Assembly (NCBI RefSeq): GCF_018977255.1
Contig: NW_024704743.1
Location: forward strand, 51,462,001-51,526,000
DNA from: Callorhinchus milii
Taxonomy: Eukaryota
Direction of reading: 5' to 3'
DNA: 64,000 nt
Every line of letters begins with the position of its first letter. Position 1 is the first letter of the stretch. The notes under the pieces are model-generated. The model saw nothing but the letters and a program-made list of their open reading frames with translations, ran no database searches and was not told where the DNA came from. The position numbers and the translations under genes were made by a program. Shown here one piece after another: positions 37,263 to 50,849 of this stretch.

Positions 37263-38799
37263 GATTTCTTCAACAATCCTTCAGATTAATTGACCTCTAT
37301 TGTGAAATCCTGCTGTGCACAAACTATCTTCTGTGTTTCCCTATTAAGTCAATTATTCCACTTGATAATAATCACCTGTAAAGTACTTTGAGATACAGCA
37401 GTATAATAATATCAATGTAATAATTCCAATGCAATTTCAATGGTAAGGATCATTATTAGGAATAGACATAAATAAAGCGATTATTATAATAATGGCGCAC
37501 AAGGTATACATACCTTGTAGCTGAAGATCAGTATTCTCAAAGATAATACAGGGTCGCAGTTAGGAAAAGACTGTGTGAGAAAGATGAGAAGTAAGAGATA
37601 GATGATGGAAGAGAGACTACAGTATTATAATGTTACTGTAATGTTACTGTACAATACCCAGTTTATAAAGCTGAAAGCAAATGCTACCACTTCCAGCAGT
37701 AAAGCAACTATAGTTAGCTTTATTTATATGTCCTATTCCTAATCACATTGGCTGGAGGCTGGGGGTCTGCACGTGAACAACTAAGCGCCCTTTGCTCAAC
37801 CAACAATTTAATAACATTGATAAATAAGTGTGAAATGTTCTTGAATGGTTAAAACAATTTTTATGGGTCTGTATTTGAGCAGAGCCCAAATTGATTTGGG
37901 AACTGAAGTACTGCTGAAACTACCCCTCTGAAGGTAGCCAGGTTCCAGCCCCATTTGGTTTCAAATCGCACTATTCAACCCCAATTTTTAGATAAGAATT
38001 CCAGGACCAACTGGGCTTCAAATATTTGTGTTCACCTCATATGGATGTAACATTAAATTTCATAACACTTCAATTCACGACTGCAGTGGTATTGAAGGTT
38101 CTGATTTATGCAGTGTCTGGGGCGCATGGCTAGTATTATACTTCCCTCAGTTTGCACGATTGGTGCTGGATTCAACAAGGAAAACAGTGAAATGACCTCT
38201 TCAACCAGGCAAGACAGCATCTGGTCAATAACTTAAGCAGGCGTTTGAAATGCCCTTTTAGAAAGCACTGCTGGGAGTGAGCAGACAACACATAAAAAAT
38301 GACAAGCAAATGATTGATGATGGGTCATAAGTCTCATTTCAGCCGTACAAACAAACCATCATCCTTGCGTGTTATGGTAATACTGTAACTGTTCGAAACT
38401 AACAGATGTAGGTTGCCTTTTCTGTATCCTTAGCATAATAAGAACCACAAAAGGATCAGTTTGCAGTAGTAAGAATGTTTATTAATATATGCTTAAATAA
38501 TTATTTGTGATATGTCTAAAACAATGAAGAATGGTTAGCAACAATAATAGAATCAATGAGTAAAGTTTTCAGCGTTCCTTTACCAACAGTGGCATTAACT
38601 ATTGCCAACCAGATAACATCACATCCATCCTGGTAAGTGCTTTCTTTTCAGATCTAACGTTTTTTTAAGTAGATGATTTTTGTTGTAAAGTTTAGGCCTC
38701 AAGTTTTTTTTTGGTTGAAAATTATTTCTTAGTATTGATCTGCCAAGGAGGGGTGAAAACATGTCTCCCTGGCCAAAAAATCATACTTCAGAATTCAAA

Positions 38800-39270
38800 A
38801 ACACAGATTAATAGTTGCAAAGTTTCGATAGGCATCAAGAAATCTTTCTTTATACAGAGGGTAATTAATGCTGAAACAAGTAACCAGAAAGCAAGATTTA
38901 AGCCAGAATGTTGGACTAATTTAAGAAACAATTTGGTGTTGTTGTAGGAGAATAGTAGGCTGGATATTTTAGAAGGATGAGATCAACTGGGTCGAATAGT
39001 ATTCCTCATCTGCACTCTTTTGTAGTCATATGTTTTATCTAGCATAGTATTACTTAGAATCATACAGAACATAACAGCACAATAAAACAGGACCTTCGGT
39101 CCAACTGGTCCATGGTGGTGTGTATACTCTATACAAGTTTCCAGCACCTCTATTCTCCTGCCCTGTATACCTCTAGTCTCTTCTCCCTGATACATGTTTT
39201 CTTTTAAATAAATTGATGCTTTTTGCTTCAACCACAGCTTATGGCAAAGCAGTCTTGTTTTCAAGGCTTA
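38800..39270. mobile_element. Two CR1 3' ends tail to tail (plus about 38800-39035; minus about 39055-39270)
   Basis: Plus: ttctttatacagagggtaattaatg...gggtcgaatagtattcctc. Minus: agaatcatacagaacataacagcac...ggaccttcggtccaac. Confidence 0.65.
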
Positions 39271-39929
39271 CTGAAATTTGTACTCTTACATCTTTTGTTG
39301 CATTGCTTCCTTGAGTGCCAAAATATTATGCTCCCAATATATTTCTGAGGTTTGGCCATCATAAATGGGATTCCTCCAAAATTATCAACTTCAGCAGCAG
39401 ACATTCTTATAATTCTTACAATTTGTGGATATGAGCAAAGGAGGTTAAATAGCCTCCATCTGTACTCTAAATTCTATGATTTTATGGAGGTGGTTGAATC
39501 CTCCATCAAGCATTCCAATACTCAAACGCACTCACACGTCAATCAGGATGGCTCCCTCTCTAAACGTTAATGTCAGCAACCATTGGGATAGGTGACAATT
39601 TTATATATTCATTTCACTAGGTGCGGTTAATTTTCCTGAAAGTCTTACAATATATGGGTGTCAGATATATTCTGTCATGTATTCTGTCAACTAAGAATTA
39701 TATGTAAAATAGAGACAACATTTACACCAGGTTCCCTGCCCAATGAAAGTCAATGTATATTGGACATAAAGTAGGATTCAGCCCTTGTCTTTTCCATCCA
39801 AATTATTTTTAAAAAATCAGTAGAATGGACAAAATTGCAAACATGCTTGTATATTTAAATAATTCAATCATCTGGTGATGATGGAATAGAAATCATCTTG
39901 AATACAAGTTTTATTTGCAACCAGACTTT

Positions 39930-40280
39930 CTTCATGGCTCAATGTGTAAATATGTTGTCTGCTGTTGTACCAAGCCGTACTAACCATGAAGGTCCCAAGT
40001 TCAATCACTGTGTCCTTCAATTAGTCAAAGTTTCCAAGGGCTTGCCAGAAGTTAAGATCCTAACTAGTGACTCCGACTGGAAACCAAATGTGTGGAACTT
40101 GCTGATGGTCAGGAATGGCACAAGACTGATAACATCCTTGATCACATTGTTTACAGATACTGATATATCAGGTTTACATGTTAAAAATGTCATTGGCATG
40201 TAACAGGCTGTCAGCACACATAGAACTGTTACCAGCTGGAGTCAGTAACTTTAGAAGAATTGGGGAAAATGGGAGAGAAG
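39930..40280 (+). mobile_element. SINE family B, degenerate
   Basis: Head atggctcaatgtgtaaat...gaaggtcccaagttcaatc and 3' end gagtcagtaactttagaag...gggagagaag. Confidence 0.55.
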
Positions 40281-41084
40281 TCAAAATGAATATCTAAAAC
40301 TATCCATCCCCACATCCACAGAGCAGAATTAAGGATTCATATGAAAGAATGATAAATTCTGGCTTTAACAATTCGGTCAGGGTTCCAACAGATAAGAACA
40401 TTTTAATTGTGATCACTGTACAGCTGATTATTAAATCTAAAGAGTCACTTCACAAACTCCAGCCATGGATTGCTGCATTGCATTGCATACTGATCCACAA
40501 ACCATTCAAATTGTTGAAAGTACATACCATGGAAACAGGTTGATTTACTGAATGGATTGTCAAGATGGTGCATTTAGCAGGGAAGGTGGGTTTAACCATA
40601 ACAAATACTGAAATACTGTAATTATGTTTTCAAGTCTGCGAGTCTCAAAACAACCTAACCTGCTATCATGTCAAAGCTATCCCCTAAACCCACAGGAAAT
40701 ACAAGAACCCTGCGTTAATTCTTCTCTAGATTAAAATGAAATTGTGAAAAACTGCCTTCCAAACAAAATCTGAATTTAAGATTTATTTTCATTTTTTTGC
40801 ATGATTTTACATTTTAAGAAAATGGTTTTATGGCTAAGAACGTGAGAGATTTCAGGCCTCAGGAGCATTAAAATTGGATGTTGAATTTCAGCATCACTAT
40901 TAAAATTAATTTCAATTGCTCGCAGTGGAATGGGATAAGCCCATCTCCCATAGAAGTCCTTACCCATTCTGCACAGCATAGGGAAAACTCCCCAGATACT
41001 TCATACCCTTTTGAGACCACTTAACAGACAAATTATCATAAGCTGGGAAAGGCTTCAAGCAATTGAAATTCTGACTTTGCCTAA

Positions 41085-41500
41085 TTAATTTTCTATCCTG
41101 GAGAGGTCACCAAATCTATTGATTATCTCCTGGATATATGAAGGTGACCTATTCTGAGTATATGAACAGAAGGCATACTGCACAAATATATATCCTGGGT
41201 TCTTCATTGTCACCACAAGCCTTTATCAGTGCGGCCATAGATTCAATTCCCAGGAATACAAGAAGCAGTGATGGAGGGAGCTCTATCTATACTTTACCAA
41301 GATAAAAGGGAGTATAAGCCATAACCGGTATTCAAGAACATATAAAATACAATACTCAGTCAACACGCCAATCCCCAAGGTTAAAATAATTTGTGTTAAG
41401 TACACAGAGGGTAACTAATAGCTGGAACTTGTGGTTATGAGGAAGGGTGGTTGAGACCAGGATGCTGGAAGGATGATATCAAATATTTGAAGAATATTCT
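41085..41500 (+). mobile_element. CR1 C-terminal fragment, highly decayed
   Basis: gagaggtcaccaaatctatt, aaaagggagtataagccataacc and acacagagggtaactaatagctggaac resemble the CR1 ORF2 C-terminus. Confidence 0.5.
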
Positions 41501-41876
41501 TGATCCAAACCTATATTCTGATTGTGTGATGTTGTGAAACAATAGAAAGAACTGTTCTATCAAATCCATTCTCAGGCACAATGGAAACTAACAAAACAAA
41601 ATATATACAGATTATTTGCAACCATAAATCACATCCATAAAAAATGCCTCTTGGCAAACAACCCATACTTGTCTCTTATGTAAACTGCTCTATTTCTTTT
41701 TGTAGGAAAACAAACACATTTTTCGCTAGGAACATTGTGGAGACCTAAAGGTATAATGAGTCAATAGGGTGAACAAAGTAGTAAGTGGTATGCTAATTAT
41801 TTCCAATGATATTTATCACATCACTGCGTGTTGCACCCCATTACTCCAGAGAATTGTTTCCCTATTTATGTGACAC

Positions 41877-42198
41877 TGTGGAGTCCTGTAGCTCAGTGGT
41901 TAGATCACTCGCTTTGCAAGTGAGAGACCTGAGTTCAATTCCAGGCAGGGCGAAACCTTGGGCAAGTTTCCTTACTCCACACGCCTAATAATAATCCCTC
42001 CAAAACCAAAAATAATAATAAATTGGTCATTTTCAATCTACGACTGTTTGTGGGACACTGCTGTGCGCAATTGGCTGCCGCGTTCGCCCACAAATATACA
42101 GTCAATTCACTTTACAGTGTGTTCTGTGAAGCGCTTTGGGACGTCCTTCCGATGTGAAAAGCGCTATATCAAATGCAAGGATTATTATTATTATTATT
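41877..42198 (+). mobile_element. SINE family A, short form, full length
   Basis: Aligns end to end with the other copies and retains many CpGs, suggesting a recent insertion. Confidence 0.95.
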
Positions 42199-42699
42199 TT
42201 AACTGAGTGTGATTTCCATAGCATCCAGATGTCTATGATATGTCCATCACTTTATTGAAGACATGGAAGTGTAGGAACATTTCTTTAGATTCTTAGAGTT
42301 TTTTTTCTATTTCTTGGGGCAACCAGAAAACCCTTTGCCCATCCTTTACCTTTGGCTAGGACAAACAGTCCAATCTTCACCTGGAGGAGTTGGGGAGGGG
42401 GGTGGGGGGAGGAATTCAACTGGAATAACAGCTAATTTTCCTGGTGGACCAATGTACCAAGAGGTTGTATTCTCTTTCTTGGCTCTTTCTTGGCCCAGCC
42501 AATCAAAGAGACACAGAATAGAATCCATATCTTTCCCAAAAAGAGGGAAGAAAATTGAAGCATGGTTAGTTGAAGACATCTCACATAATGGCACCCAAAG
42601 CAACAGAAATGTTGATAAAGGCCATGACTGACTTGCTTTCTCGGGAAATGCTTCGTGCAAAATGATTTTTTTTGAGTTGCCCTCTTGCTTCTCTGTCAA

Positions 42700-43065
42700 T
42701 AGGTTTGAACCTCAAATAGAACATGAGCTCATAATCTGGGCTGCTGCTCCCTCAGAACTAAGGGAACACTGCATTGTCAATCAAATGGAAGGATTATTAT
42801 TATAAACTGGATCTTATCTGTGTGTTCTTCTGGTTCATACAAGTTTCTTTTATTTTGAGGAAGAGCAGAAAGCCTTCCCAATATTCTGGCTAACAATCCT
42901 GGAGGAAAAAAAATGATAATTTATTTCAATGCTCATTGTGGTATGCAGCAGCTCCAATTAGCTGCTTCATTTGCCTTCCTAACAATAGTCACTACATTTC
43001 AAAATAGCTTGTTGTGTAAAGTGCTTTGAGATGTTTTTAATTTATAAGGTACTGTATCAAACCCA
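42700..43065 (+). mobile_element. Highly degenerate DeuSINE
   Basis: ataatctgggctgctgctccc, cactgcattgtca, gaagagcagaaag, aatagtcactacatttcaaaa and gtaaagtgctttgagat occur in consensus order. Confidence 0.65.
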
Positions 43066-43424
43066 CATATCATTCCCATAACTGAAGAGCTTAAATTGTA
43101 AAAAAAACAAGGGACAGAATAAAGCATTTAAAAGAACAAGTTCAGTCAAGATCTTTACTTTTTATGACAGTTATTTCTCCCCTGCAGGCTGGAAAACAAG
43201 TCTGAGTACTCTGTTCTAGATTTGGTTAATTGCCTACAATAACTGAGGATAAAACGGCAGTTGTATAAACACCCAAAGCCTTGAAAAACCACAAATAAAA
43301 TTCCATAGTGGAGATAAAATGATTATTTAACTGCTGAATATGCCACATATTATTTGTGGGCCTTCCCTGAGCTCCCACTTATCCCTGGCATCAGAGAATT
43401 TTATTTAAAAAAATACTTGAGTAG

Positions 43425-44070
43425 AATCATTTTTTGAAAGAAAGGAACTAGATACATGCTTGAAAACAAATATTTGACAAATATGGGGAGCTAATGGAGC
43501 TAGAAGGAAAGTGCAATTAGATATGTGTTTAAAGCCGGTTATAACACCAGCATAGACTTGATGGTCCAAATGGTCTTTTTCTGTGCTGTAATCCTCTGTA
43601 ATTTTATCATTCTGTTTTAAATATTTTACTATCAGATTAACAATTGTGACAGCCTGAATAGCAGCTCTTGCAAATTGTGGACAAGTCGAAACCAACACAA
43701 AATTTATACACATAGAAGATCATAGGAACATTGGAAAACAGGAACACGAGGTAACCATTCAGCCCATTAATCTTGTTCCACCAATTTACTGGTCTTTCAA
43801 TTCCTTTTCCCATTCTTCTTTATACCACTACTACCCAAATATCTGTCTGTCTCTTTTAAATATTCCCATTAATTCCACCTTGTAGTTGTCTGGGACAAAG
43901 CATTCCACATTTTCACAAACGTTTATGTCAAGAAACGCTTCCTGATATCTGTTCTTACTATTTGGTTCTAATTGTAAGGCTATGTCCTCTTGTAACAAAT
44001 CCCTGCATCAAAGAAGAGTTGTTCGCTGTCTAACCAGTCAATTCCTTTCATTATTTTAAATAAGTCAACC
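43425..44070. mobile_element. Two CR1 3' ends tail to tail (plus about 43425-43605; minus about 43710-44070)
   Basis: Plus: aaggaactagatacatgcttga...atggtccaaatggtctttttctgtgctgtaa. Minus: catagaagatcataggaac...ccattcagccc...gcattccacattttcac...aagaaacgcttcctgat. Confidence 0.68.
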
Positions 44071-44374
44071 GGATTCTAGCTTACAACAACAATGAAACCC
44101 ATAGGATAAGCAAAACACATCCCCAGTGAATTTTCATTTACCAGTTGGAAACGCTTTCAAAACTTATTTTTGCTTGTAGCATTTATGAATATGAATTTTT
44201 CATGTAAAAGAGTCCTTCAGGTTACCATTGCAATAGAATGTAGAGTAGACACATAAACACCTGAAAATGGTGTTTTACAAAAAAAAACAGAAAGGGTTGA
44301 GGCCAGTGAAAATCTTTTTCCAAACTTGTGTTTCCTGGAATATAAGAATATTCTCAATTAGGCCAAGGCAGCAA

Positions 44375-44600
44375 GGACAAGGAGACATGGGGTCAAGGCT
44401 GTGACTTTAAGGCAGGACATCAGAAACATATATTTACCCAGAAGGTAATTATCATCTGGAACGGTTTCCAGGAAGGATATTACAGGGTATTATAAGGGTA
44501 TTAAACTGGACTCATTTAATAAACAGCTTAATGAAGAAATGGGAAGGTGGTAGGTTAGATATTCGAGAAGAATGAGATCAAATGGGCCATCTAGATAATC
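44375..44600 (+). mobile_element. CR1 3' fragment
   Basis: aggacaaggagacatggg (TRRHG), tttacccagaaggtaattatcatctggaac (FTQKVIIIWN), aatgggcc. Confidence 0.6.
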
Positions 44601-44804
44601 CCTGATGCCCCCAAATCAATTAATTAAACCTGCAAAATAATTATGCATCCTCGTATCTCAATGCCATATAATTGCTACAATGTCAATGGTCTTGTGATGC
44701 ATTTGGTGAAAAACAATTTTTGCTGTGGTTTTTGACTGAACAAAAGTCATGCTTGTTCAAGGTCCATTTCACAACTACTTCTTTGACCACATTTTCAGTT
44801 AGCT

Positions 44805-44975
44805 TTCCTCGGCTTCCGTTCTCGGCTTGACTGCCAAGCCAAGCGGTCTGGGACGTTACCCCGCACGAAAGGCGCTATACCATCGCAAGAACGCAAGTTG
44901 TTGTTGTTGTGTTGGTTAGTGCCTTGGGACATCCTCCTGATGTGAACGGCCCTATATAAATATAAATATTATATT
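44805..44975 (+). mobile_element. Two tandem L2 3' tails
   Basis: aagcggtctgggacg...gaaaggcgctata...gcaagttgttgttg followed by gccttgggacatcc...gtgaacggccctatataaat. Confidence 0.7.
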
Positions 44976-45254
44976 GTGTGCTATTAGTGGGACACTTGAT
45001 TTATTTCAACAGTCAAGACTTCTAAAGTGATCAACAACAAAATGCACAAGATAAGTATTTCTGCATTGCAATTACCAAAATATCGAGCTGAATACTTGTT
45101 ATGTGTTCAAAGGGAATTTTTAAAAATACCTTTTTTGCAGCTGATAATATGAATAACACATGATTCGTCTTTTGGGAGGGTGCGGAAGTCCTTAGTAATG
45201 CCATGTTGGATGTTGACCTTTAAGCTGGTACTGTTCAGTTTAGTTTTTTTGTGA

Positions 45255-46228
45255 CTGTAGTGAGGATCTATGACTAATGGGAGAGATTTAAATAGTGGTA
45301 TCCCCCAGGGCTCCATGTTAGAGCTACTGCTCTTCCCCATCAGTTGCAGATGGCACAAAAATAGGATTGTATAGTTAGCAGTGAAGAAGATTCTAAACAA
45401 CTTTAGGAGGCCAAAAAATACTAGTAGATTGGGCAGAGAGATGGCAGATGCCATTTAATGTGGAAATGATCCACTTTAAGAGAAAGAATACAGAGAGGAA
45501 GAATATGCTAAATGGTATATTTTAAAAGGAGTAAAAGAGCAGAGAGACCTGGGGTTAACATATATGAATCTTTAAAGTTGGGAAGGCAGGTAGATAAAGC
45601 TGTCAAGAAAGCTAATGGAATCTTGGGTTTTATAAAAAGAAGCACGGAATATAAAACCAAAATGTGATTCTTAACATGTATAAATAGTTTATATAATATG
45701 ACAACAATATTGTGTCCAGTTTTTGGCACTGCCCCACTTTAGGAAGGATGTCAGGGACATAGAGAGGTTTATTGGGAGGATACCAGGAATGAGATACCTG
45801 TGAGCAGAGACTGGAAATACTTGGCCTATTTTTTGCAGGAACAGGGACGACTGAGTGAAACCTGATAGAGCTCTTTAGAATTATGAGCTTTTTTTGGGAG
45901 AGGCGACAGGAAGAAATGATTCCCATTGGTGAGTCAGTGAATGACGAGAGGCCATCAATTTAAGATAATAATCAAAAGGGTAAATTGGAAGGATGTTTCT
46001 TTACAAGGAGGAATGTTAGCATGTAGAGTTTACTTCCAGGTGTAGTGGTCCCTGCAGAATCCACATTAGTTTTCAAGAAGGAACCATATAGATATCTAAA
46101 AAAGAGTAAATTGCAGGAGTATGGGGGAAAAGGTAAATACACGGGATTAAATGGATTGCCTTTCAAAGAGCCAGTACAGAAATTAATGGCCTTTATCTGT
46201 GTTGTAAAATTCTACGGTTTTTCTCTAT
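45255..46228 (+). mobile_element. CR1-clade LINE 3' part, heavily decayed
   Basis: tggtatcccccagggctcc (GIPQGS), tgggcagagagatggcagatgccatttaatgtg (WAERWQMPFNV), gagagacctgggg (RDLG), aagaaagctaatggaatcttgggttttata (KKANGILGFI), tattgtgtccagttt, and a CR1-type 3' UTR ending tgtaaaattcta. Confidence 0.88.
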
Positions 46229-46759
46229 GTGAGCCACCCATTCTTACCCCACTTTTCTGCCCCTCCCCCTATCCTTTAATATTTTTCTTTTCTCTCTTGT
46301 TGAGAATGTTGATGCAAGTTTAACTACTAAAGCAATATCAGATAAAAGATATGGTGTTTTCTGAAACATACATTACTTATTTTCTCAAACATGCTGGAAC
46401 CAAAAGTAGCATTGGCTCAGGTCAGGTTTTGGTGAAGATCCAGTGGGACAGCGAGGTTTAGCTGTTACTAGTGGAATCAGTTTGTTTGCTAAAAATCGTG
46501 TTGCTTGCACAAATAGGATACAGCACTTTTGTTTCAGCTCCGCAAGCAGCCAAAGAACTGGTACAAAATATACATACTCCATATTTGTCAATACAAAAGT
46601 CCCAGCACCTTGGGAGGTCCTCCTAACGTAAAAGACGCCATATAAATGTGATTTGTTGTTGTTGAAGAGCTACCAAATGCATTATTAAACAAAATCAAAA
46701 CTTTACACTTCACAAATAGAAAATTTAATCCTGTTATTATTTCTATTTTGACTTTACAA

Positions 46760-47720
46760 AGGGACTCATAAAGGAATTAAAATTGTGTAATCTCTGATAC
46801 ACAGCTTTATGCTGTAAAGCCTAGCAAGCGAGTATGATAAAGAAGATGCACTGTACTAAAAATGTCATTAAATCCACTGTATCCTGTGTGCATTTTGATC
46901 TAACAATATTCCTTTGAGACAAACTTTGCGACTGTGAATATTTATTATGAATATATGCATATCTTCTTTTGTAACTAAAACAAATTAAAATAAATTCACT
47001 GCTTCGCACAGCCAAAATGTAAAGCAACACCTGCGTCAAAAACTTGATCACTTTTTGCATCTATAACGCAAGATAAAAATACAACGGGGATTAAACAGTA
47101 GATGCACTAATTATAATACACATAATTGTAATTCTTATTTTAACTGTGTTTGGATCAGTAATGATTTTTTAATACATCAATTTGCATAAGCAGCCTGGAT
47201 ATTGCTATCTTACCAATCCTATGCACTCACGATTCAAGCTAGATACATCACAGCTCACAGCGATGTAAAATCACTGTGCTAATTAATAAGCCATTTACTG
47301 AACGCAGCTAGTTAAGGTGGTCCTACAGCTGACCTTATGGAAGACGAGCTGTCCCAGAAGTGTGTGTGTGTAACTACAAACATAATGATGTGCCAGGAGG
47401 GAATCATTAAAAATAATTTACACAAGCCTTCATTTACAAGATCTTTTGATAGCACGCTTCCCCGGTGTTTAGATCCAGAGTGCAGCCTCTACCATTTGGA
47501 AAGCACCAAGTGAGAGAGCAAAGAGGGATACCTAAGTGGTTAATTAAGAGCTGTTCGGGCGCCACAAGAGCCTCCTGCAAATCCCTCTGATGTCTGCTGT
47601 GTCAAGTGGCTCTCACAGGCAAAAACACGAGAGGTAGCCACCACGGCAGGCTAATTACTGGGGATTGGGAGCAGCTGAGAACCGCCCCAGTGTTGGGCAC
47701 TTGCTGTGAGCACCAGAGAC
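46760..47720. promoter_or_regulatory. Candidate conserved non-coding element / enhancer
   Basis: Repeat-free, with several retained CpGs, multiple TAATTA sites, ATTTGCAT (47180-47187) and E-boxes CACCTG and CAGCTG. Conservation not tested. Confidence 0.45.
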
Positions 47721-48229
47721 TTGGTCTGAGCAGAGCAGCCTTTGTGCACATCTGTCCTCAGTGTCTCAGAAACTGACAGGCAAGGTAAAAGGTACTGGCA
47801 TAAAATATGGAACAGAGAGACTCAGCAACATTTGCAATTCGTTAGCGAAAAGCAGATTCAATGATATTTGTTAAATGGTGGGGTGTCAGCAGATTATTGT
47901 ATTGATTAAGTGCAATCCAAGATAAGAATTACATCAGGTGCCCATAACCATGTCACGTTAGATAACAAAAACAAATTACATTTGTATAGCGCCTTTCACA
48001 TCGGGAGGATGATCCAAAGTTCTAAAATCAGCCACAGCATCCAACAGGTCGTTTGCTTAGATGCAGGAGTCCCATACCAGAGGCTTGATGGTTAGAAATT
48101 GGATCATTTGGAGAAAACGTGTTGAGATAACAATGCACTATGTCCAAAAGTATGCAAAGAACTTTCATTTCACTGCACTATACACTTTTTAAAGTAAAAT
48201 ATGTCTAATCTAATAAGTTTTTCACTTAA

Positions 48230-48403
48230 AATACAATTTGTCACTCATTTCATGGTTGTTTGTGGGAAATTGCTGTGCACAAATTGGCTGATGCTTTCAC
48301 CTATCAATATACAGTCACTACACTTGATAGTAAGATCCTTTGAAATGTCTAAACAACATAATAAAATATTATATCAAATGCAAGGAACATTATTATTGTT
48401 ATA
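48230..48403 (+). mobile_element. Degenerate SINE 3' half (Deu-type)
   Basis: gttgtttgtgggaaattgctgtgcacaaattggctg...tatatcaaatgcaagg. Confidence 0.8.
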
Positions 48404-48439
48404 ACTTGCCTTATATTTTGACATCTGAGTCACTCTTTA

Positions 48440-49130
48440 AAGTACTGTGCTGATATATATCCCATCTGCTCTCACATAGAAGAACCAGTTGATCGAGGTG
48501 TTACTAAGGCAGTGCATAAATGTCTGATTCCTTCTGTCTTGCTTAATGTTGCAATATACAAAAAATGTCAGATGATTCATGCTATACTTTCTCTTGACAC
48601 ACCTGGCTTTATTCCCACAAAATAAGGCATAAAATAAATCAGTCAAACTGAAATGAATCAAACAGTTCTGATAAATCTATTGATTTGAAAAGGCTTGCTT
48701 CATTTCAATCTATTACCTGTATATTTGGTTGTGTAATGACAGCACACCTCTTCATCCCTTAACAGGCAATTAAAATACCTCTTCAATGCAGACAGAATTC
48801 AAGTCACCCAATTATCTGGAAGCAGCAGGGATTACAATGTGATATTAAGTGTGTTTAAGTGATTTTGGTGTGAATGTGAATATGTGCAATGCTAGCTTTT
48901 ACTGAAGGAGATTTCATAAATGTCCTAGTTTTGTGGCAAGTTAATTAAAACCCGCAGTTGCTGGGGTATTTGTTTGACAGACAGAATGCTTGTCAGTACA
49001 CTTTTAGACACCAAAGTGATTCAATAACTAAACAGAGCTTTTTTTTCTCGAACTGCAAGAACAAGCTTGTTATATAACAATGCATTAATAATCTGGTGTG
49101 CAATCTAACACAATTGACTTCTGTCTACCT
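48440..49130. promoter_or_regulatory. Candidate conserved non-coding element
   Basis: Repeat-free, with TGACAG, TTAATTAA and ATAAATCA-type motifs. Conservation not tested. Confidence 0.3.
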
Positions 49131-50443
49131 TCCTAACACTGAAACAATAATGAGGAAAGAAGATTGTCTTATTTCATGGGAACCGTCGTCTCTTTCCTAC
49201 TCTTTCCTATCTTAACCCCTTGAGGGCAGTTACAGCATTTCTCAACGAAAATGAAAGATTCAACAATTTTCAGTTTTAAAAAAATTGTTTATCCAATTCT
49301 GACACAATTCCTTCACACCGGTAATTTTCTTAACTCTAGTTTATGATATTTTTAGTACAAATGTGAAAGAAATAATTTGTGCAAAAATGTTTTCTTGTAA
49401 ATTACATGCACAGCTTGAGAAGCTGTAAAAGACATTAAGGTTTACTCTCTTGCAATTGTACCAGTCAGGATTTAGGATTTTCTCCAGTTTCTACAAACCT
49501 GAAATTTGCCAAGAATGTCACACACTGATAAATGACCATATTGGTATGAATGTTTATGACATTTTTCTTCTTCCTTAATGAGATTATGTTGCTTGTATCC
49601 AGAACTTTCATAGCTGAGGGAAATAGATGGATTTTGTTGACTAAAATATGTTTAAACAAATAGTCATGGTGGTCACTATTTCCTGTTGTTTGTGTGATAA
49701 TTTGGTGGTCTAGAGATCTTCTCTTGTTAATATCTGTGGGAGCAACCAAATTGATGTTTAGTTTTAGATGCAAAGATATTTTCAGTTAATATACAGATCA
49801 ACATCTAAGTGCCAATTAATGCAGATTAGCTTTATTCATGACTGAAGTAAGCTAGGCGATATAGTTCTATACATTTTATACGTATAATTATGGATCTAGT
49901 ATATAAGGTGTTAATGTGGTCCGATAGCTTTTTAGAGAAATATGTTCACTTTGAGTGCAGTTAGGTTTCATTCAATAGGTGTGCACAGTATAATAAATAT
50001 TTATCAATTTGACCATTATTCTTCCTGTTTGCAAATCAGTCGAGTGTGCTTATAAATAACTCTATTGCAATTATAATTTATAGATATCAGGACATTAAAG
50101 ATGCAGAATGAAATTATACTTTTTAAACAGTGCTAGAGTTATTTTAAAGGAGCATAGGAAAAAAAAATTATGAATTTCAGAAATTCTAATTTGGATTTGT
50201 TCTCAGAATATTTGGATTTTGAACATTTGAAAGTCAACTTGTGAATTTTAACCGAGACACAATTTAAAATAGTAATATTTCTTACTTATTTTTAACAACG
50301 GACGAACCTAGAAATTCCTCTCAAAATAAATATTAGATCATGTTAACCCATTGCATACTTTTTGAGATGCTAACTTGTCAATTTGAATTATAGTTACATG
50401 TATGAAATTTACAGAATCGTATCATTTCTTATTTCTCATTCCT

Positions 50444-50762
50444 TGTAGAGTCCTGTAGCTCAGTGGTAAGAGCACTCACCTTCCTAGCGAGACACCTGGG
50501 TTCATTTCCAGGCAGAGCAAAACCTTGGGCAAGTTTCTTTACTCCACACGCCTGATAATAATCCCTCTAAAAACAAAAACAATAATAAATAAATTTTCAA
50601 TCCACGACTGTTTATGGGACACTGCTGTGCGCAATTGGCTGCGCGTTTCGCCCACAAATATATGGTCAATTCACTTTACAGTCTATTCTGTGAAGCGCTT
50701 TGAGACGTCGAAAAGACATGAAAAGCGCTATATCAAATGCAAGGATTATTATTATTATTATT
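50444..50762 (+). mobile_element. SINE family A, short form, full length
   Basis: Same head, body and (ATT)n tail as 41877-42198. Confidence 0.94.
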
Positions 50763-50849
50763 TTAGCCATGGCTATAGCTATGTGCATTGATATCCACTT
50801 AGCTGTTGTTCTGTTAGCTCAACCTTAAGTTAAAGTTAGAAAGAAATTT

